Source: an uncultured delta proteobacterium (lineage in GTDB: Bacteria; Desulfobacterota; Desulfobacteria; Desulfobacterales; SG8-13). Taken from it: a DNA stretch of 64,000 nt. The notes under the pieces were generated by a model, which did no database searches, was not told the origin of the DNA, and was given only the letters and a program-made list of their open reading frames with translations. Within the stretch, counting starts at the first letter, position 1. Each line of letters opens with the position of its first letter. The position numbers and the translations under genes were made by a program. The stretch lies in assembly GCA_963848135.1 (NCBI GenBank), contig CAWKCK010000018.1:386938-450937 (forward strand), read 5' to 3'. Shown here one piece after another: positions 20,028 to 31,700 of the stretch.

Positions 20028-21920
20028 TGCATGCCTCCTTGTTAAGAAAAACTCAAAAGACTCCTAAAAATACTACCAATAGTGTCACTTTCACGCAGAA
20101 GAGAGTGCGGTTATAACCGCTTTGATCATATTGATTCCCGCAATCGCAGGAATTACATGAAAGAAGGTTTTTCGACTCTCTACGGATACATCAAGCGTGG
20201 TTTAAAAAAAATGGCACCCTATTATCAATCATTTCATTGTCAGAATAATTGGGGTCTTGAGCATGCTAAAGCCGATTCAACAATCAAGAAGGGAGAGGTC
20301 AACTTGAGATTTAAGTAATCACCGCTATTCTATAAGAATTGGAAGGGGAATGTGAACAAACACTCTAAAATATTAATAGAATGGATCTGCTAAGAGGGTC
20401 AAGTGCCAATCCTAACCGGTATCTGAGTTTATGCTATTTCAAAGTGCTCAGATTAAGCTTGTGTCCTTGAAATCTGTAGTTACGGTGACCAATGAAAACT
20501 GATTGTGCCTATCCATTTTTTGGAACGAGGGTTCAATAAACGGCAAATCAAGATATTTTGTCTGATTGGAACGCTTTCCGAGCGGTGATTACATGCCAGT
20601 TTCTTTAGAAATACAATAATTCTTATAGGTTGTAATGAATTGAGATCATCCTACCTCGAGCGAAAGTTATGATACTTAAAGATTTTGATGAAAATTTGAT
20701 GTATTTTGGACTTGCACTTTCTTGGGACTGCAGCGGTGATCTTTACATACTGGTGGTTAAAATCCCCATTTCTTGGTTGGCCACCGCTGCACTCCCTCCA
20801 AAATAGATTCAGGCGGGTGTCCGCTTTTTCGATCTGCCCTTGTCATAAGCTCGCAATGGCTGGCCCGAAAGGAGCCCTAATTCTTGCAACAACCAATTGG
20901 CTTTGACAAGGTACCGATCTTTTTCTGGGGTCCGGTATCGGACCAGGGGCCTTAGAAATTCTCTCTTTGGCCTTGATCCTGATGGGTGCCTGTTAGCAGA
21001 TTAAGTGACGCTGCACAGCAAACAAAAAGAAATTTCGGGAGCAGGTAAAGGAATAGGACGTAAGCCGTACTGAAATTTTTTCCTGCAAAAAAAAGTATCC
21101 CTTTTGCGATGGTGTGGTGTTTTTTGTTGACTGGAGCCTTTTAATGGGTGCCAGTACCTTGAAGTGAGAATATGAACGGTTTTGATTTGGACATCTGAAG
21201 CCCTTCATCACTGCAATGGCAAACCCGGCCGCAGGCGGGTTGGCGAAACATGAAACTAAAATGTGGGCGTCGGATGGGGTACTGATCACTTCACAATCGG
21301 GCACGACTCACCACGATTAAGCAAGCTGCCCAATTCAATCTTCGATAATCTTAGGTTTTGATGCCCGTCAATCGATCTTTATCGATTGTATTTAATAATT
21401 CCGTTTTATTTATGTAATTCTTAATGGCAACGTAATCAGGCATACATGACCATCCGACAACAGGTTTGCTCATATCAGGCTTTTTACCTCTTTTGGGCCA
21501 CCTTGGATCGGCTTTGGTTATTATCGAAGATTCAAAGCCGAATGTACCCATTGGTTTTACAAGAACAATTTTTAACAAGCGATTATATACGCATATACGT
21601 TTTTTGTAGCAGTATCGTTTTTGCTTTAAATCTGTATCTTTTTCAGTTTCGACTGTAGGTCCTTTCTTAAAGATTCATGATATTCGCTTTAGAAGAAGAA
21701 TTTTTATAAAATTCGGAATAAAAACTTCCGCGTAAAATACATACTTAATAATACAAAACCATAACCATAATTCATCGTATGGTACTTTTTCTTGTTCCCC
21801 ATGATTACCTCCCGTACGGTAAATCTTGGACTCAGGGGGATGTTACGGGTCATCCCCCCTCAGACGGTTCGGCCGAACCGTGTCCAAGATGATTAAAAAA
21901 CTACCTTCCTCTAAAAGCAG

Positions 21921-21957
21921 AAACGGCATCCGGGTAATTAATCCTTGATGCCGTTTT
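21921..21957. terminator. intrinsic terminator-like hairpin downstream of the dehydrogenase gene
   Basis: AAACGGCATC ... GATGCCGTTT 10-bp stem with T tracts. Confidence 0.6.
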
Positions 21958-22004
21958 ACGTTTATAATCGATCAGTGAAATTACGTTAATCGGTATTTTT
22001 AGAT

Positions 22005-23033
22005 TTAGTCGATCCTTAAAACTTTCGCACCCTTTATCCGTCGCTCTTTGAGATCGATCAGGGCCCGGTTGGCTTCTTCGAGTGCATATTCCTGAATTTC
22101 GGGGCGGAAGGACATCGCTGCGGCCAACTTCAGGAATTCGCCAACATCCCGCCGGGTGACGTTGGCCACACTCTTGATCTCCTTTTCCATCCAGAGGTCC
22201 TTCGGATAATCTATTTTCAGAAGTTCGCCCTTATCGTTGTCTTCTTTTCGAATGGCATTGATCACCAGGCGTCCCCCGGCAGCAAGGTTTTCAAGGGCTG
22301 CCACCACCGGCGCCCAAGCCGGGGTCGTGTCGATGATGCTATGAAGTTTCTCGGGCGCCGCGTCCGTACTGCCACCGGCCCAAACCGCTCCGAGCTGCCT
22401 GGCAAACTCTCTTTCCTGCGCGCTTCTGGCAAAGACGAAGACCTTGACGTTCGGGTACTTGCTGCGAACGGTTTTCAATACCAGGTGACCGGATGCGCCG
22501 AATCCGGTCAACCCGAAGTTCTGCCCGTCACGAAGCCCGGTCAGCCTCAAAGACCGGAGACCGATGGCACCGGCACACAACAGCGGCGCCGCCTCGATAT
22601 CGGTAAAGACATCGGGTAATCGGTGGGCAAAGGTTTCCGGAACTTTGATGAACTGGGCATAGCCGCCGTCCACGTCCCGCCCGGTGGCTTTGAATTCGGG
22701 GCACAGGTTCTCTTCCCCGGCCAGGCAGTACGTACAGATTCCGCAGGCCGAGTGAATCCAGGCGACGCCGACACGATCCCCCAAGCAGAACCGCGCCGCA
22801 CCGGCACCGGTCTCAACTACACGGCCGACCACCTGATGGCCGGGCACAACCGGCAAAACCGGCGGCGGCGTGCGGCCTTCAATTTCATCCAACTCGGTAT
22901 GGCACACACCACAGGCGGTCACTCTAATCAATATGTCTTTTTCGCCAGGTACCGGCCGGGCGATCTCGGCTGACACCAGCGGTTCGCGGTTCTTATTCAG
23001 GTCGGTTATCTGGTGGCAAATCATGGCTTTCAA
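22005..23033 (-). CDS. zinc-dependent alcohol dehydrogenase family protein
   Basis: CGVCHTELD, PGHQVVG, CGICTYC..ENLC, APLLCAG, GFGASG. Confidence 0.93.
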   Translation of the reverse strand: MKAMICHQITDLNKNREPLVSAEIARPVPGEKDILIRVTACGVCHTELDEIEGRTPPPVLPVVPGHQVVGRVVETGAGAARFCLGDRVGVAWIHSACGICTYCLAGEENLCPEFKATGRDVDGGYAQFIKVPETFAHRLPDVFTDIEAAPLLCAGAIGLRSLRLTGLRDGQNFGLTGFGASGHLVLKTVRSKYPNVKVFVFARSAQEREFARQLGAVWAGGSTDAAPEKLHSIIDTTPAWAPVVAALENLAAGGRLVINAIRKEDNDKGELLKIDYPKDLWMEKEIKSVANVTRRDVGEFLKLAAAMSFRPEIQEYALEEANRALIDLKERRIKGAKVLRID

Positions 23034-23165
23034 GGCTGCACCGATGGATATTTTAGAGCATAAATGCATAGTCGTCGCAGACAACTATTCGTGCCAGTGA
23101 CGTGATTCCGTTCACGTTGAAGCGCCGGGTCTGTTTAATCAATGAGAAGAATACGTCACAGCTTG

Positions 23166-23933
23166 TCAACGACCACCCGCAGTCAAAGGGTTATCCGCCA
23201 ACGTAAAACGCCAGGCGCAATAATATTCATCCGGGTGAGAATCAGGCGGACAGCTGATACACTCTGTAGTAATACGCGAATCGATCGATCGGGCAAAATA
23301 GGTATACTCTACCAAGCCGCCTGATTTGCAAGGATAATCCTCGAGCCCCTTACGGTTGCGCGCCGCCTGCACGCGGCAGGCGTTCATCTGAAAAATGAGG
23401 TCGGACCCTTCTTCGATGAAAGACTGGGTGTTAATGCGGGCATAGAGCCGATACTGCAGGGCTTTCTTCAGACCATGCAGCCCTGGTTGTGCAGGGAGAT
23501 CGAGAAGTTTTTTAATCGACCAGGCCTCAAAAGGTGAAAAATGGGCCCAGCAAGAATCATTGCAGCGTTTGGCGTCATTCATTCCATGGTCGAATTCTAT
23601 GGCCTGAAACCAAACCCCGTCGTTGGCCAGCCAGTTTACCGCCACACTGTCCAGGAGAGCGAGCAGAGAATCTTTGGGCATATTCAACAACGGTTCGGGA
23701 ACGCCGTCTTGCATTCGAAATCCGAGTTGTTTGGATAGCCTGTTTAGTTGAATGGCCAAACTGCGTTCCGAAACCGCACCGAGGGCTTTTAGTGCCGCGT
23801 CCATCCCCATCTGGTGTCGCACCTCGCCGAACCACAGGCCATAATGGACGATGATCCTATGGAACATGTCCAATACTAGCCGTGAGAGTTCTTCCTGCGA
23901 GAGATCTTCGACTTTTCCCTGGGTGAATGTCAT
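23166..23933 (-). CDS. DUF6125 family protein
   Basis: HYGLWF, NWLANDGVWFQ, CRVQAARNRKGL..YPCK, CPPD.HP..YYCAWRF motifs. Confidence 0.82.
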   Translation of the reverse strand: MTFTQGKVEDLSQEELSRLVLDMFHRIIVHYGLWFGEVRHQMGMDAALKALGAVSERSLAIQLNRLSKQLGFRMQDGVPEPLLNMPKDSLLALLDSVAVNWLANDGVWFQAIEFDHGMNDAKRCNDSCWAHFSPFEAWSIKKLLDLPAQPGLHGLKKALQYRLYARINTQSFIEEGSDLIFQMNACRVQAARNRKGLEDYPCKSGGLVEYTYFARSIDSRITTECISCPPDSHPDEYYCAWRFTLADNPLTAGGR

Positions 23934-24015
23934 CAACACCTCCCTGCCTGTGGAAGAGAAAAGGTGCCCTCAGGCCTGTCACTCTCCCTTGTTGTAACGG
24001 CTTTTCAAAATTCAA

Positions 24016-24058
24016 TGACCTCCGGCCAAGCCGGGGGGGGAACCCGATGATTATTATG
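24016..24058. repeat. palindromic repeat family B, copy 1
   Basis: CCTCCGGCCAAGCCGGGGG...CCGATGATTATTAT; related to 37257-37294 and 47207-47248. Confidence 0.7.
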
Positions 24059-25220
24059 GTTGAAACCGTTCCGGTAACACGGTTTCGGGAGGCCAATCAG
24101 CGGGCACGTTTTGGCGCGGTTTTTCCCCCAATTTTTCTTTGCGTTTGCTGAGGCCGGGCCGCGCGAATTCGGGGTGTCCCTCTTTCAATGTCCGCCCGTT
24201 GATGGCTGCCTCGCTGCGAAGCCTCTTGCCAACGGTCCGCTCGATTTGACGCCCCAGCCAGAGCACCCTGTCAACGTCATAACCGTGGGTGATACCCATT
24301 TCGTCGACCTGAACCAGCATATCCTCCAGACATGTCAACCCCACGTAGCGTGGATCTTCGTAGTAGTAATCTCCAGTGCCCGGAACGGGGCAATCGTCCA
24401 GAAAATTTGCCGGTTGACCACCCATACCGCCCAGGGTCGCTTCGAAATGGGTGATCCCGGCCTGCAGTGTGGCTAAAACCGAAGCAGAAGCCACCCGTTT
24501 GGTTTCGTGAAAATGGGCAATGTGAACGGATGTATCCGGTATCTGATCCAGAATCATGGAGAAGTAACGGTACACTTCCGGGGCCGAGGCACTGCCGTCG
24601 TGGTCGGCATGCTCAATGTCGGATGCACCGATGGACAACCAGCGTTTGGTAAACTCCACCGCATCCTGTAATTCTGTGGCCCCGGCAATCGGGCTACCCC
24701 AAATGGTGCTGACCGTACCGCACATTTTCAGGCCGGCGTCCCGGCACTTTTTAATGGCGCGTTCGGCTTCCTTCCAGTATTCGGGAAGGGTTAAGCCGGA
24801 ATTGGCGAAGTGGTGTTGCTCTTCCGTGGACACCATCATCAGGCAACGGTCGGGACCGACCCCTTTCTCTTTCAGCCGAATGGCCTGATCCACGGCCCCC
24901 TCCCGGATGGTTACGGCCGTCACACAGATGTCATCCGGATCGATACCGCGCTTGGAGCACCGTCTTTTGAACAGATCACTCCGCAAAGCGGCCAGAACCT
25001 CTTCGGCATCGCTGAATTGAGGCATGAGGAAAGGGTTGCCAAGGTTGGTCACCTCGATGTTTCGGCACCCGGCAAAGATCATTTCCTGGGCGTAGAAAAT
25101 TTTTGCGCGGGTTGAAATGAATCTTTCAAGATGCTGAAATCCGTCTCTGACCGTGATGTCGCCGATGGTCACTTTGCGGGGCATTCTCGGAAAAATTTTC
25201 CAATAATCGTATTCTGTCAT
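24054..25220 (-). CDS. HMG-CoA lyase-like / pyruvate carboxyltransferase-domain (DRE-TIM) enzyme
   Basis: DITVRDGFQH motif and HFH metal site; lies in an acyl-CoA degradation operon. Confidence 0.85.
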   Translation of the reverse strand: MTEYDYWKIFPRMPRKVTIGDITVRDGFQHLERFISTRAKIFYAQEMIFAGCRNIEVTNLGNPFLMPQFSDAEEVLAALRSDLFKRRCSKRGIDPDDICVTAVTIREGAVDQAIRLKEKGVGPDRCLMMVSTEEQHHFANSGLTLPEYWKEAERAIKKCRDAGLKMCGTVSTIWGSPIAGATELQDAVEFTKRWLSIGASDIEHADHDGSASAPEVYRYFSMILDQIPDTSVHIAHFHETKRVASASVLATLQAGITHFEATLGGMGGQPANFLDDCPVPGTGDYYYEDPRYVGLTCLEDMLVQVDEMGITHGYDVDRVLWLGRQIERTVGKRLRSEAAINGRTLKEGHPEFARPGLSKRKEKLGEKPRQNVPADWPPETVLPERFQP

Positions 25221-25358
25221 TTTTCCACCTCACTTGTAAAAAGGTTTGTTATCTGTCAATCAAGCCGAATACTCTATAAGTAACTTCTAATCAAAACAAC
25301 TCACTCCGAAACCGGTCAACGGACTAACGGACTTACGGACAAACCGGCCAACCGTCTC

Positions 25359-26141
25359 TTACTTCCCCTTGTACATCGGTTTGCGCTTTTCCCGGAAAGC
25401 CGTTAATCCCTCCAGACGGTCTTCGGTAGGAATGCAAACCCAGTAAGCATTTGATTCGATGGCCAGCCCGGTGTTCAGATCGGTTTCCAGCCCGTAATTG
25501 ATAGCATACTTGGCTTGCTCGATGGCGATTGGACCGGTTTCACAGATCATCGCAGCCATTTTCCGGCACTCATCGATCAATTCTCCCGGCTGACAGACCT
25601 TGTTCACCAAACCGATTTCGCGAGCCTCGGCGGCATCGACCCGGCGTCCGGTGAATATCAGTTCCTTGGCTTTACCCTTGCCCACCAGTCGCGGCAGCCG
25701 CTGGGTACCGCCGGCCCCCGGGATAATCGCCAGACGGGTTTCGGTCAACCCCATGGTGGCTGTGTCAGCGGCGATGCGAATGTCACTGGCCAAGGCCAGT
25801 TCGGTTCCACCGCCGAGCGCGAGCCCGTTCACAGCCGCAATGACCGGTTTGTTAAGAAACTCGATGGCCGTAAAGAGATTGCGGATTGTGTAAATATACG
25901 CCTTTACCTTTTGCGGGCTCAGACCGGCGCGCTCTTTGAGGTCCGCACCGGAGCAGAAGGCTTTCTCTCCACTTCCTGTGACGATCAACACGCGGATGTC
26001 CGGTCTGAATCGCACCGCTTCCACCGCATCCCTGAGTTCGTGGAGCAGTGGAAAATTCAAAGCGTTCATGACTTCCGGACGGTTAAGGGTAAGGATCAAT
26101 ATGCCGTCGTTTTCATCTTTCAAAAGATTCGGTTCACCCAT
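25359..26141 (-). CDS. enoyl-CoA hydratase/isomerase (possibly methylglutaconyl-CoA hydratase)
   Basis: LNRPEVMNAL, AFCSGADLKER, ALGGGTELALASD, IIPGAGGTQRLPR. Confidence 0.93.
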   Translation of the reverse strand: MGEPNLLKDENDGILILTLNRPEVMNALNFPLLHELRDAVEAVRFRPDIRVLIVTGSGEKAFCSGADLKERAGLSPQKVKAYIYTIRNLFTAIEFLNKPVIAAVNGLALGGGTELALASDIRIAADTATMGLTETRLAIIPGAGGTQRLPRLVGKGKAKELIFTGRRVDAAEAREIGLVNKVCQPGELIDECRKMAAMICETGPIAIEQAKYAINYGLETDLNTGLAIESNAYWVCIPTEDRLEGLTAFREKRKPMYKGK

Positions 26142-26151
26142 ATCATCCTCC

Positions 26152-26320
26152 CAGAGCGGCAAAGCCGCGTTACATATAATCGCGCACCTTTACCCCGTCT
26201 GACTGCACGATTAAATCTCGCTCAAGACTTGAAAGCCCCTTGACCTATCACTCGTTTTTCTTCCTTGTTTCTCTCAGAGCGGCAAAGCCGCGTTACATAA
26301 AATCGTGCAACGATTTTATT
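26152..26320. repeat. repeat family C, two copies (26152-26187, 26275-26320)
   Basis: CAGAGCGGCAAAGCCGCGTTACATA(A/T)AATCG; third copy at 34817-34860. Confidence 0.8.
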
Positions 26321-27469
26321 CTAGCACCCGATAAACCGCGATATCACGATGCGCTGTACCTCGGATGTGCCCTCCCCGATTTCGAGCAGCTTGTGATCCC
26401 GATAAAACCGTTCCACCTGATAATCCTTCATCAACCCGTATCCGCCATGGATCTGCACCGCGTGGTCCGCCACCGTTCCCATGGTCTCGGAACAGTATAA
26501 TTTAGCCATGGCAGCCTCCTTCTCGAAGGGGCGACCCTGGTCTTTGAGCCAACAGGCCTTGTAAAGCAGGTTCCGACTGCACTCAATTTCAACCGCGCAG
26601 TCGGCCAGCTTAAACCCCACGGCTTGAAATTTTGAAATCGGTTGCCCGAACTGAACCCGTTCCCGGGCATATTTGAGTGCCATCTCGTAGGCCCCCTGGG
26701 CGCCGCCGAGTCCCATGGCAGCAATCGAAAGCCGTCCGCCGTCGAGGGTTTTCAACATCTGGTGAAACCCGTCCCCTTGTTGCCCGAGCATGTTTTCTGC
26801 GGGGATACGGACATTGTCGAAGTAAAGTTCCGCCGTATTGGAAGACCGCCACATCATCTTACGATGCATGGGTACGGCTTTGAATCCCGGCGTTCCGTGC
26901 TCCACCAGGAAACAGGTGTATTCGGGTTTCCCGCCGGCGCGTTCCCCGGTCACCGCCTGAACGGTAACGCCCAGGGACATATCGCAGGCAGCATTGGTGA
27001 TGAAAATCTTGGATCCGTTAAGCACCCATGAATCCCCATCTTGAACAGCCGTCGTCTGGCTGCCACCGGCGTCTGAGCCGGCCGTCGGTTCGGTCAGGCC
27101 AAATCCCCACAGCGCTTCTCCACGGCAGAGTTTGGGAAGATATTTTTTTTTCTGTTTCTCAGTGCCGAAATAGTAAATAGGACCAATGCCGAGGGAATTG
27201 CCAGCAGCGACCGTCGCCGCCTGTGACCCGTCGATCCGGGCCACTTCTTCTACGGCGATGATATAGGAGATATAGTCCATCTCCTGCCCGTCATAGGCCT
27301 CCGGTACGAAAAGTCCGAAGAGGCCGATTTCGCCCATCTTGCGCGTCAGTTCAGGGGAAAACTCTTCCTTTTCATCCAGTTCGCCGGCCACAGGGGCGAT
27401 TTCACTTTGAGCGAAACGACGAACTTCCCTGCGGATCATCTCCTGCTCCCTGGTCAAATCAAAGTCCAC
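26321..27469 (-). CDS. acyl-CoA dehydrogenase (short/branched-chain type)
   Basis: FGLTEPTAGSD, NGSKIFITNA, RVQFGQPI, QIHGGYG, EIGEGTSEVQR; AGGAGG RBS before GTG 27469. Confidence 0.95.
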   Translation of the reverse strand: MDFDLTREQEMIRREVRRFAQSEIAPVAGELDEKEEFSPELTRKMGEIGLFGLFVPEAYDGQEMDYISYIIAVEEVARIDGSQAATVAAGNSLGIGPIYYFGTEKQKKKYLPKLCRGEALWGFGLTEPTAGSDAGGSQTTAVQDGDSWVLNGSKIFITNAACDMSLGVTVQAVTGERAGGKPEYTCFLVEHGTPGFKAVPMHRKMMWRSSNTAELYFDNVRIPAENMLGQQGDGFHQMLKTLDGGRLSIAAMGLGGAQGAYEMALKYARERVQFGQPISKFQAVGFKLADCAVEIECSRNLLYKACWLKDQGRPFEKEAAMAKLYCSETMGTVADHAVQIHGGYGLMKDYQVERFYRDHKLLEIGEGTSEVQRIVISRFIGC

Positions 27470-27668
27470 CACATCCTCCTTTCGAGGATCACCTCGGCTG
27501 AACCGAGAGTTTATAAAGGTTAAAACCTTGGGGGTGGCCGCGTTGTCATATGGGGCTCCGCTCCCTCGGTCCGGGTTCCACTTCGATAGGCTGCTGCGGT
27601 AACGGTTCGCAACCATCCGCAACCGCGTGTCGGCAAAATGACGCTCAGCTGCTGGCTGAAATCGTCAC

Positions 27669-27688
27669 TGAGCGAGCGCTCGTTCAGG
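27669..27688. promoter_or_regulatory. putative TetR operator 1
   Basis: Near-perfect palindrome CTGAGCGAGCGCTCGTTCAG in the divergent acyl-CoA dehydrogenase/tetR intergenic region. Confidence 0.65.
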
Positions 27689-27860
27689 TAGCTATAAAAT
27701 AACTGCATCCGCTGGGGTTTGTCAACAGGAAATTTATCCGTCCAGAAAGGACTCCGCGGATAAAAAGAGACATAAATAAGTATCATTTTCAGTGCGTTAT
27801 AAAATATTAAGTTCACGCCTTTCATCGTTCAAATGGGGGAAAAGAAACCAATGGAATAAC

Positions 27861-27911
27861 TTGACAAAAAACCGGTCGCCATGCTAAATATTCGAATGAG
27901 CGCTCGCTCGG
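27861..27911 (+). promoter_or_regulatory. tetR promoter with putative operator 2
   Basis: TTGACA-17 nt-TAAATA followed by CGAATGAGCGCTCGCTCG, the same motif as operator 1. Confidence 0.65.
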
Positions 27912-27989
27912 TTTTTCTCGGCGTTACAGCGGAAAATTTTGGTCACCTTTCTTCGTCTTTGTCGAAAACCCGACGGATGGAAACATGTC

Positions 27990-28634
27990 ATGCATGAGGG
28001 CAGTCGAACCCAGGATATCCCAACCCAGATAAAAAACCCCGAACTCGTCGAACGCCGGCGCAACCAGATCGCCAAAGCCGCTGTCAAGCTGTTTATCAAG
28101 AACGGATTTCACAAAACGACAACCCGCCAAATTGCCAAAGCGGCCGACTTTTCCATTGGCTCTCTCTACGAGTATGTGGCCTCCAAAGAGGACGTGCTCT
28201 ACCTGGTTTGCGACTCTATCCATGCCGAAGTCGAACGCCTGGTGACCGACACGCTCGCAAAGGCCACCGGCGGACGCGATGCGCTCGCCCAGATGATCCG
28301 CGAGTACTTTCTGGTGTGCAACCGAATGAGTGATTTTATTCTCCTTATCTATCAGGAAACCCGCTCCTTGCCGGCGCAATGGCAAAAAAGGGTTCTCGAA
28401 AACGAATTGCGAATAACCGGCTTGTTTGTAGCGGTCCTGGCCCGGATAGCATCAACCGGTGACCTGCCGAGCCTCAACGAGCGCTCCATTGAAATGGCCG
28501 CACACAATATTTCAGTTTTGGGACACATGTGGACTTTCAGGCGCTGGTTTTTCGGCCGCCATTATACTATCGATGACTATATCGACATGCAAACCGAGTT
28601 TATATTGCGAATGTGCACCGAAACGGTCCGGTGA
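27990..28634 (+). CDS. TetR/AcrR family transcriptional regulator
   Basis: AAVKLFIKNGFHKTTTRQIAKAADFSIGSLYEYVASKEDVL HTH. Confidence 0.93.
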   Translation: MHEGSRTQDIPTQIKNPELVERRRNQIAKAAVKLFIKNGFHKTTTRQIAKAADFSIGSLYEYVASKEDVLYLVCDSIHAEVERLVTDTLAKATGGRDALAQMIREYFLVCNRMSDFILLIYQETRSLPAQWQKRVLENELRITGLFVAVLARIASTGDLPSLNERSIEMAAHNISVLGHMWTFRRWFFGRHYTIDDYIDMQTEFILRMCTETVR

Positions 28635-28796
28635 GTTTCGACCATGCACCTCGCCCGGATATTTAAGCGAATTCAAACGAATATGCCCTAACGGACGGGG
28701 TATGAAAAATCACGCCACCCGCTGCAACCGGCAAGGCTATACAGATCGATTGGCTCTCTATTCGCCAAGTCCTTCAGCACCGAAACAGGAGGGAGT

Positions 28797-31700
28797 ATGA
28801 GCGCAGCTACCGAGGTCTACACACCTGAAAACAGCATCCGCGTGGTCACAGCGACGTCCCTATTCGACGGACACGACGCCGCCATCAATATTATGCGACG
28901 ACTTCTTCAAGCCACCGGCGTAGAGGTCATCCATCTCGGTCATAACCGTTCGGTGCAGGATATCGTCGATGCGGCCATTGAAGAGGACGTTCAAGGAGTC
29001 GCCGTATCCAGTTATCAGGGCGGACACATTGAATTCTTTAAGTACATGGTCGATCTGCTCAGGGAAAGAAACGCCGGTCATATCAAAGTATTTGGTGGCG
29101 GTGGCGGTGTCATCGTACCGCAAGAGATCCGAGAACTCGAATCCTATGGTATAACGAAAATATATTCTCCTGAGGACGGCGCCCGACTGGGTCTTCAGGG
29201 AATGATCAACCACATGGTGCGTCATCTCGATTTTTCCACTATTAAAGATTTCGATTTCTCCTTCGATTCCCTGAACCCTGACAACAAACAGCTGGTGGCC
29301 AACTTGATCTCCGCCGTAGAAAGGGCCAAGGCGCTGGAGAACGGGCATCTTGAAAAACTGAGGGCCCAACTTCAGGGTAAACTGCAGAAGCGCAAGGTGC
29401 CGGTCATCGGGCTCACCGGCACCGGCGGCGCCGGAAAGTCATCATTGACCGATGAACTGATTGTGCGCTTGCTCCATGACCTCAAGGATCTTCGTGTGGC
29501 CATCATCAGCTGCGACCCTTCCCGGCGCAAAACCGGTGGTGCCTTGCTGGGCGACCGAATCCGGATGAATGCCATTGGCAATCCCAGGGTATACATGCGC
29601 TCTCTGGCGACCCGCCGATCGCAAACAGAAATACCAATGGCCCTCGCCGAAGGCATCCTGGTCGCCAAGGCGGCCGGGTACGACCTGGTCATTGCCGAGA
29701 CCGCCGGCATCGGTCAGGGCGATTCGATGATCACCAACCTGGTGGATGTCTCTATTTACGCCATGACCAGTGAATTCGGCGCAGCCTCTCAGCTCGAAAA
29801 AATCGACATGCTCGATTTTGCCGATATCGTGGTGGTCAACAAATATGAAAAACGCGGCAGCGAAGATGCCGTCCGCGATGTCCGCAAACAGGTGCAACGC
29901 AACCGCAACGCCTGGGACAAAAACCCTGAAGACATGCCGGTTTTCGGTACCATTGCCTCAAAGTTCAACGATGACGGCGTAACGGCCCTCTATCACGCCC
30001 TGCTGGACACGGTCGCGGCAAAGACCGGGGTAAAATTCATCTCACATCTACCCCGAACGGCAACCAAGACGTCCACCTCTAAAACCATCATCATTCCTCC
30101 GGAGCGCACGCGCTATCTGTCTGAAATTGCCGACACGGTCCATAGCTATCACCAGCGTACGGCCACACAGGCGGAAAATCTGCGAACCGCGTGGCACCTC
30201 GAGGAAGTCATCAAGACGATCGGTGATTCGCCGGAAGAACTGCTCGCCCGTTTGAAAGAAGTTGATGCCACCGCCCGTGAAAACATACGTGAAGAGACCC
30301 GCAAGGTGCTTGACGAATGGCGGGACATTCAGGAAGCCTACGGGGGAGACGAACTGGTATACATGGTCAGAGGTCGTGAAATCCGGTTACCACTCTACAC
30401 CGAATCTCTCTCCCGCAAAAAAATCCCGAAAATCGTCCTGCCCAAGTTTAAAGATCCCGGCGAAATCTACCGCTGGATGCGTGAAGAAAACGTTCCCGGA
30501 AGATTTCCGTTCACAGCCGGTGTGTTCCCGCTCAAACGGGTGGATGAGGACCCCACGCGCATGTTCGCCGGTGAAGGTGACCCGGCCCGCACCAACCGGC
30601 GATTCAAACTCCTCTCGGCCGATTACGAGGCCAAACGTCTATCCACGGCATTCGACTCGGTGACGCTTTATGGTTATGACCCTGACCGTCGACCGGATAT
30701 CTATGGCAAAGTTGGAACCTCGGGCGTGAGTATCTGCACCCTTGACGACGTCAAGGTTCTCTACAGCGGCTTTGAATTGTGTGCTCCGGGCACATCCGTA
30801 TCGATGACCATCAATGGCCCGGCGCCGATCATGTTGGCCATGTTCCTCAATACCGCCATCGACCAGCAGGTGGAGAGATACACAGCCGAGAATGTTAAAC
30901 CACCGGAACCGGAGACCTATGGAAAGATTCGCGCCGAGGTTTTGTCCAACGTGCGCGGTACCGTTCAAGCCGACATCCTCAAAGAGGACCAGGGACAGAA
31001 TACCTGCATTTTCTCTATCGATTTCGCCTTGAAAATGATGGGTGATATCCAGGAGTATTTCATCGACAACAATGTGCGCAACTTCTACTCGGTCTCGATT
31101 TCCGGCTACCACATCGCCGAAGCCGGCGCCAATCCGATTTCACAACTGGCCTTCACCCTGGCCAACGGTTTCACCTACGTTGAATACTACCTTTCGCGGA
31201 ACATGCCGATCGACAGCTTTGCACCGAATCTCTCCTTTTTCTTCTCCAATGGCATGGATCCGGAATACACAGTCATCGGCCGGGTGGCCCGCCGCATCTG
31301 GGCCATTGCCATGCGCGACAAATACTCCGGTTCTCAGCGGTCCCAGATGCTGAAATATCACATTCAAACCTCGGGCCGTTCGCTGCACAGCCAGGACATA
31401 CAATTCAATGATATTCGAACGACTTTGCAGGCGCTTATTGCCATTTACGATAACTGCAACAGCCTTCACACCAACGCCTTCGACGAAGCCATTACGACAC
31501 CCAGCACGGAATCGGTCCGCCGCGCCCTCGCCATCCAGATGATCATAAACAGAGAGTGGGGGTTGACCAAAAACGAAAATTTCAACCAGGGAAGTTTCCT
31601 TGTGGAAGAACTCACGCGCCTGGTCGAGGAAGCCGTCCTGATGGAGTTCGACCGCATAACTGCCCGCGGCGGGGTTCTGGGTGCCATGGAAACCGGCTAC

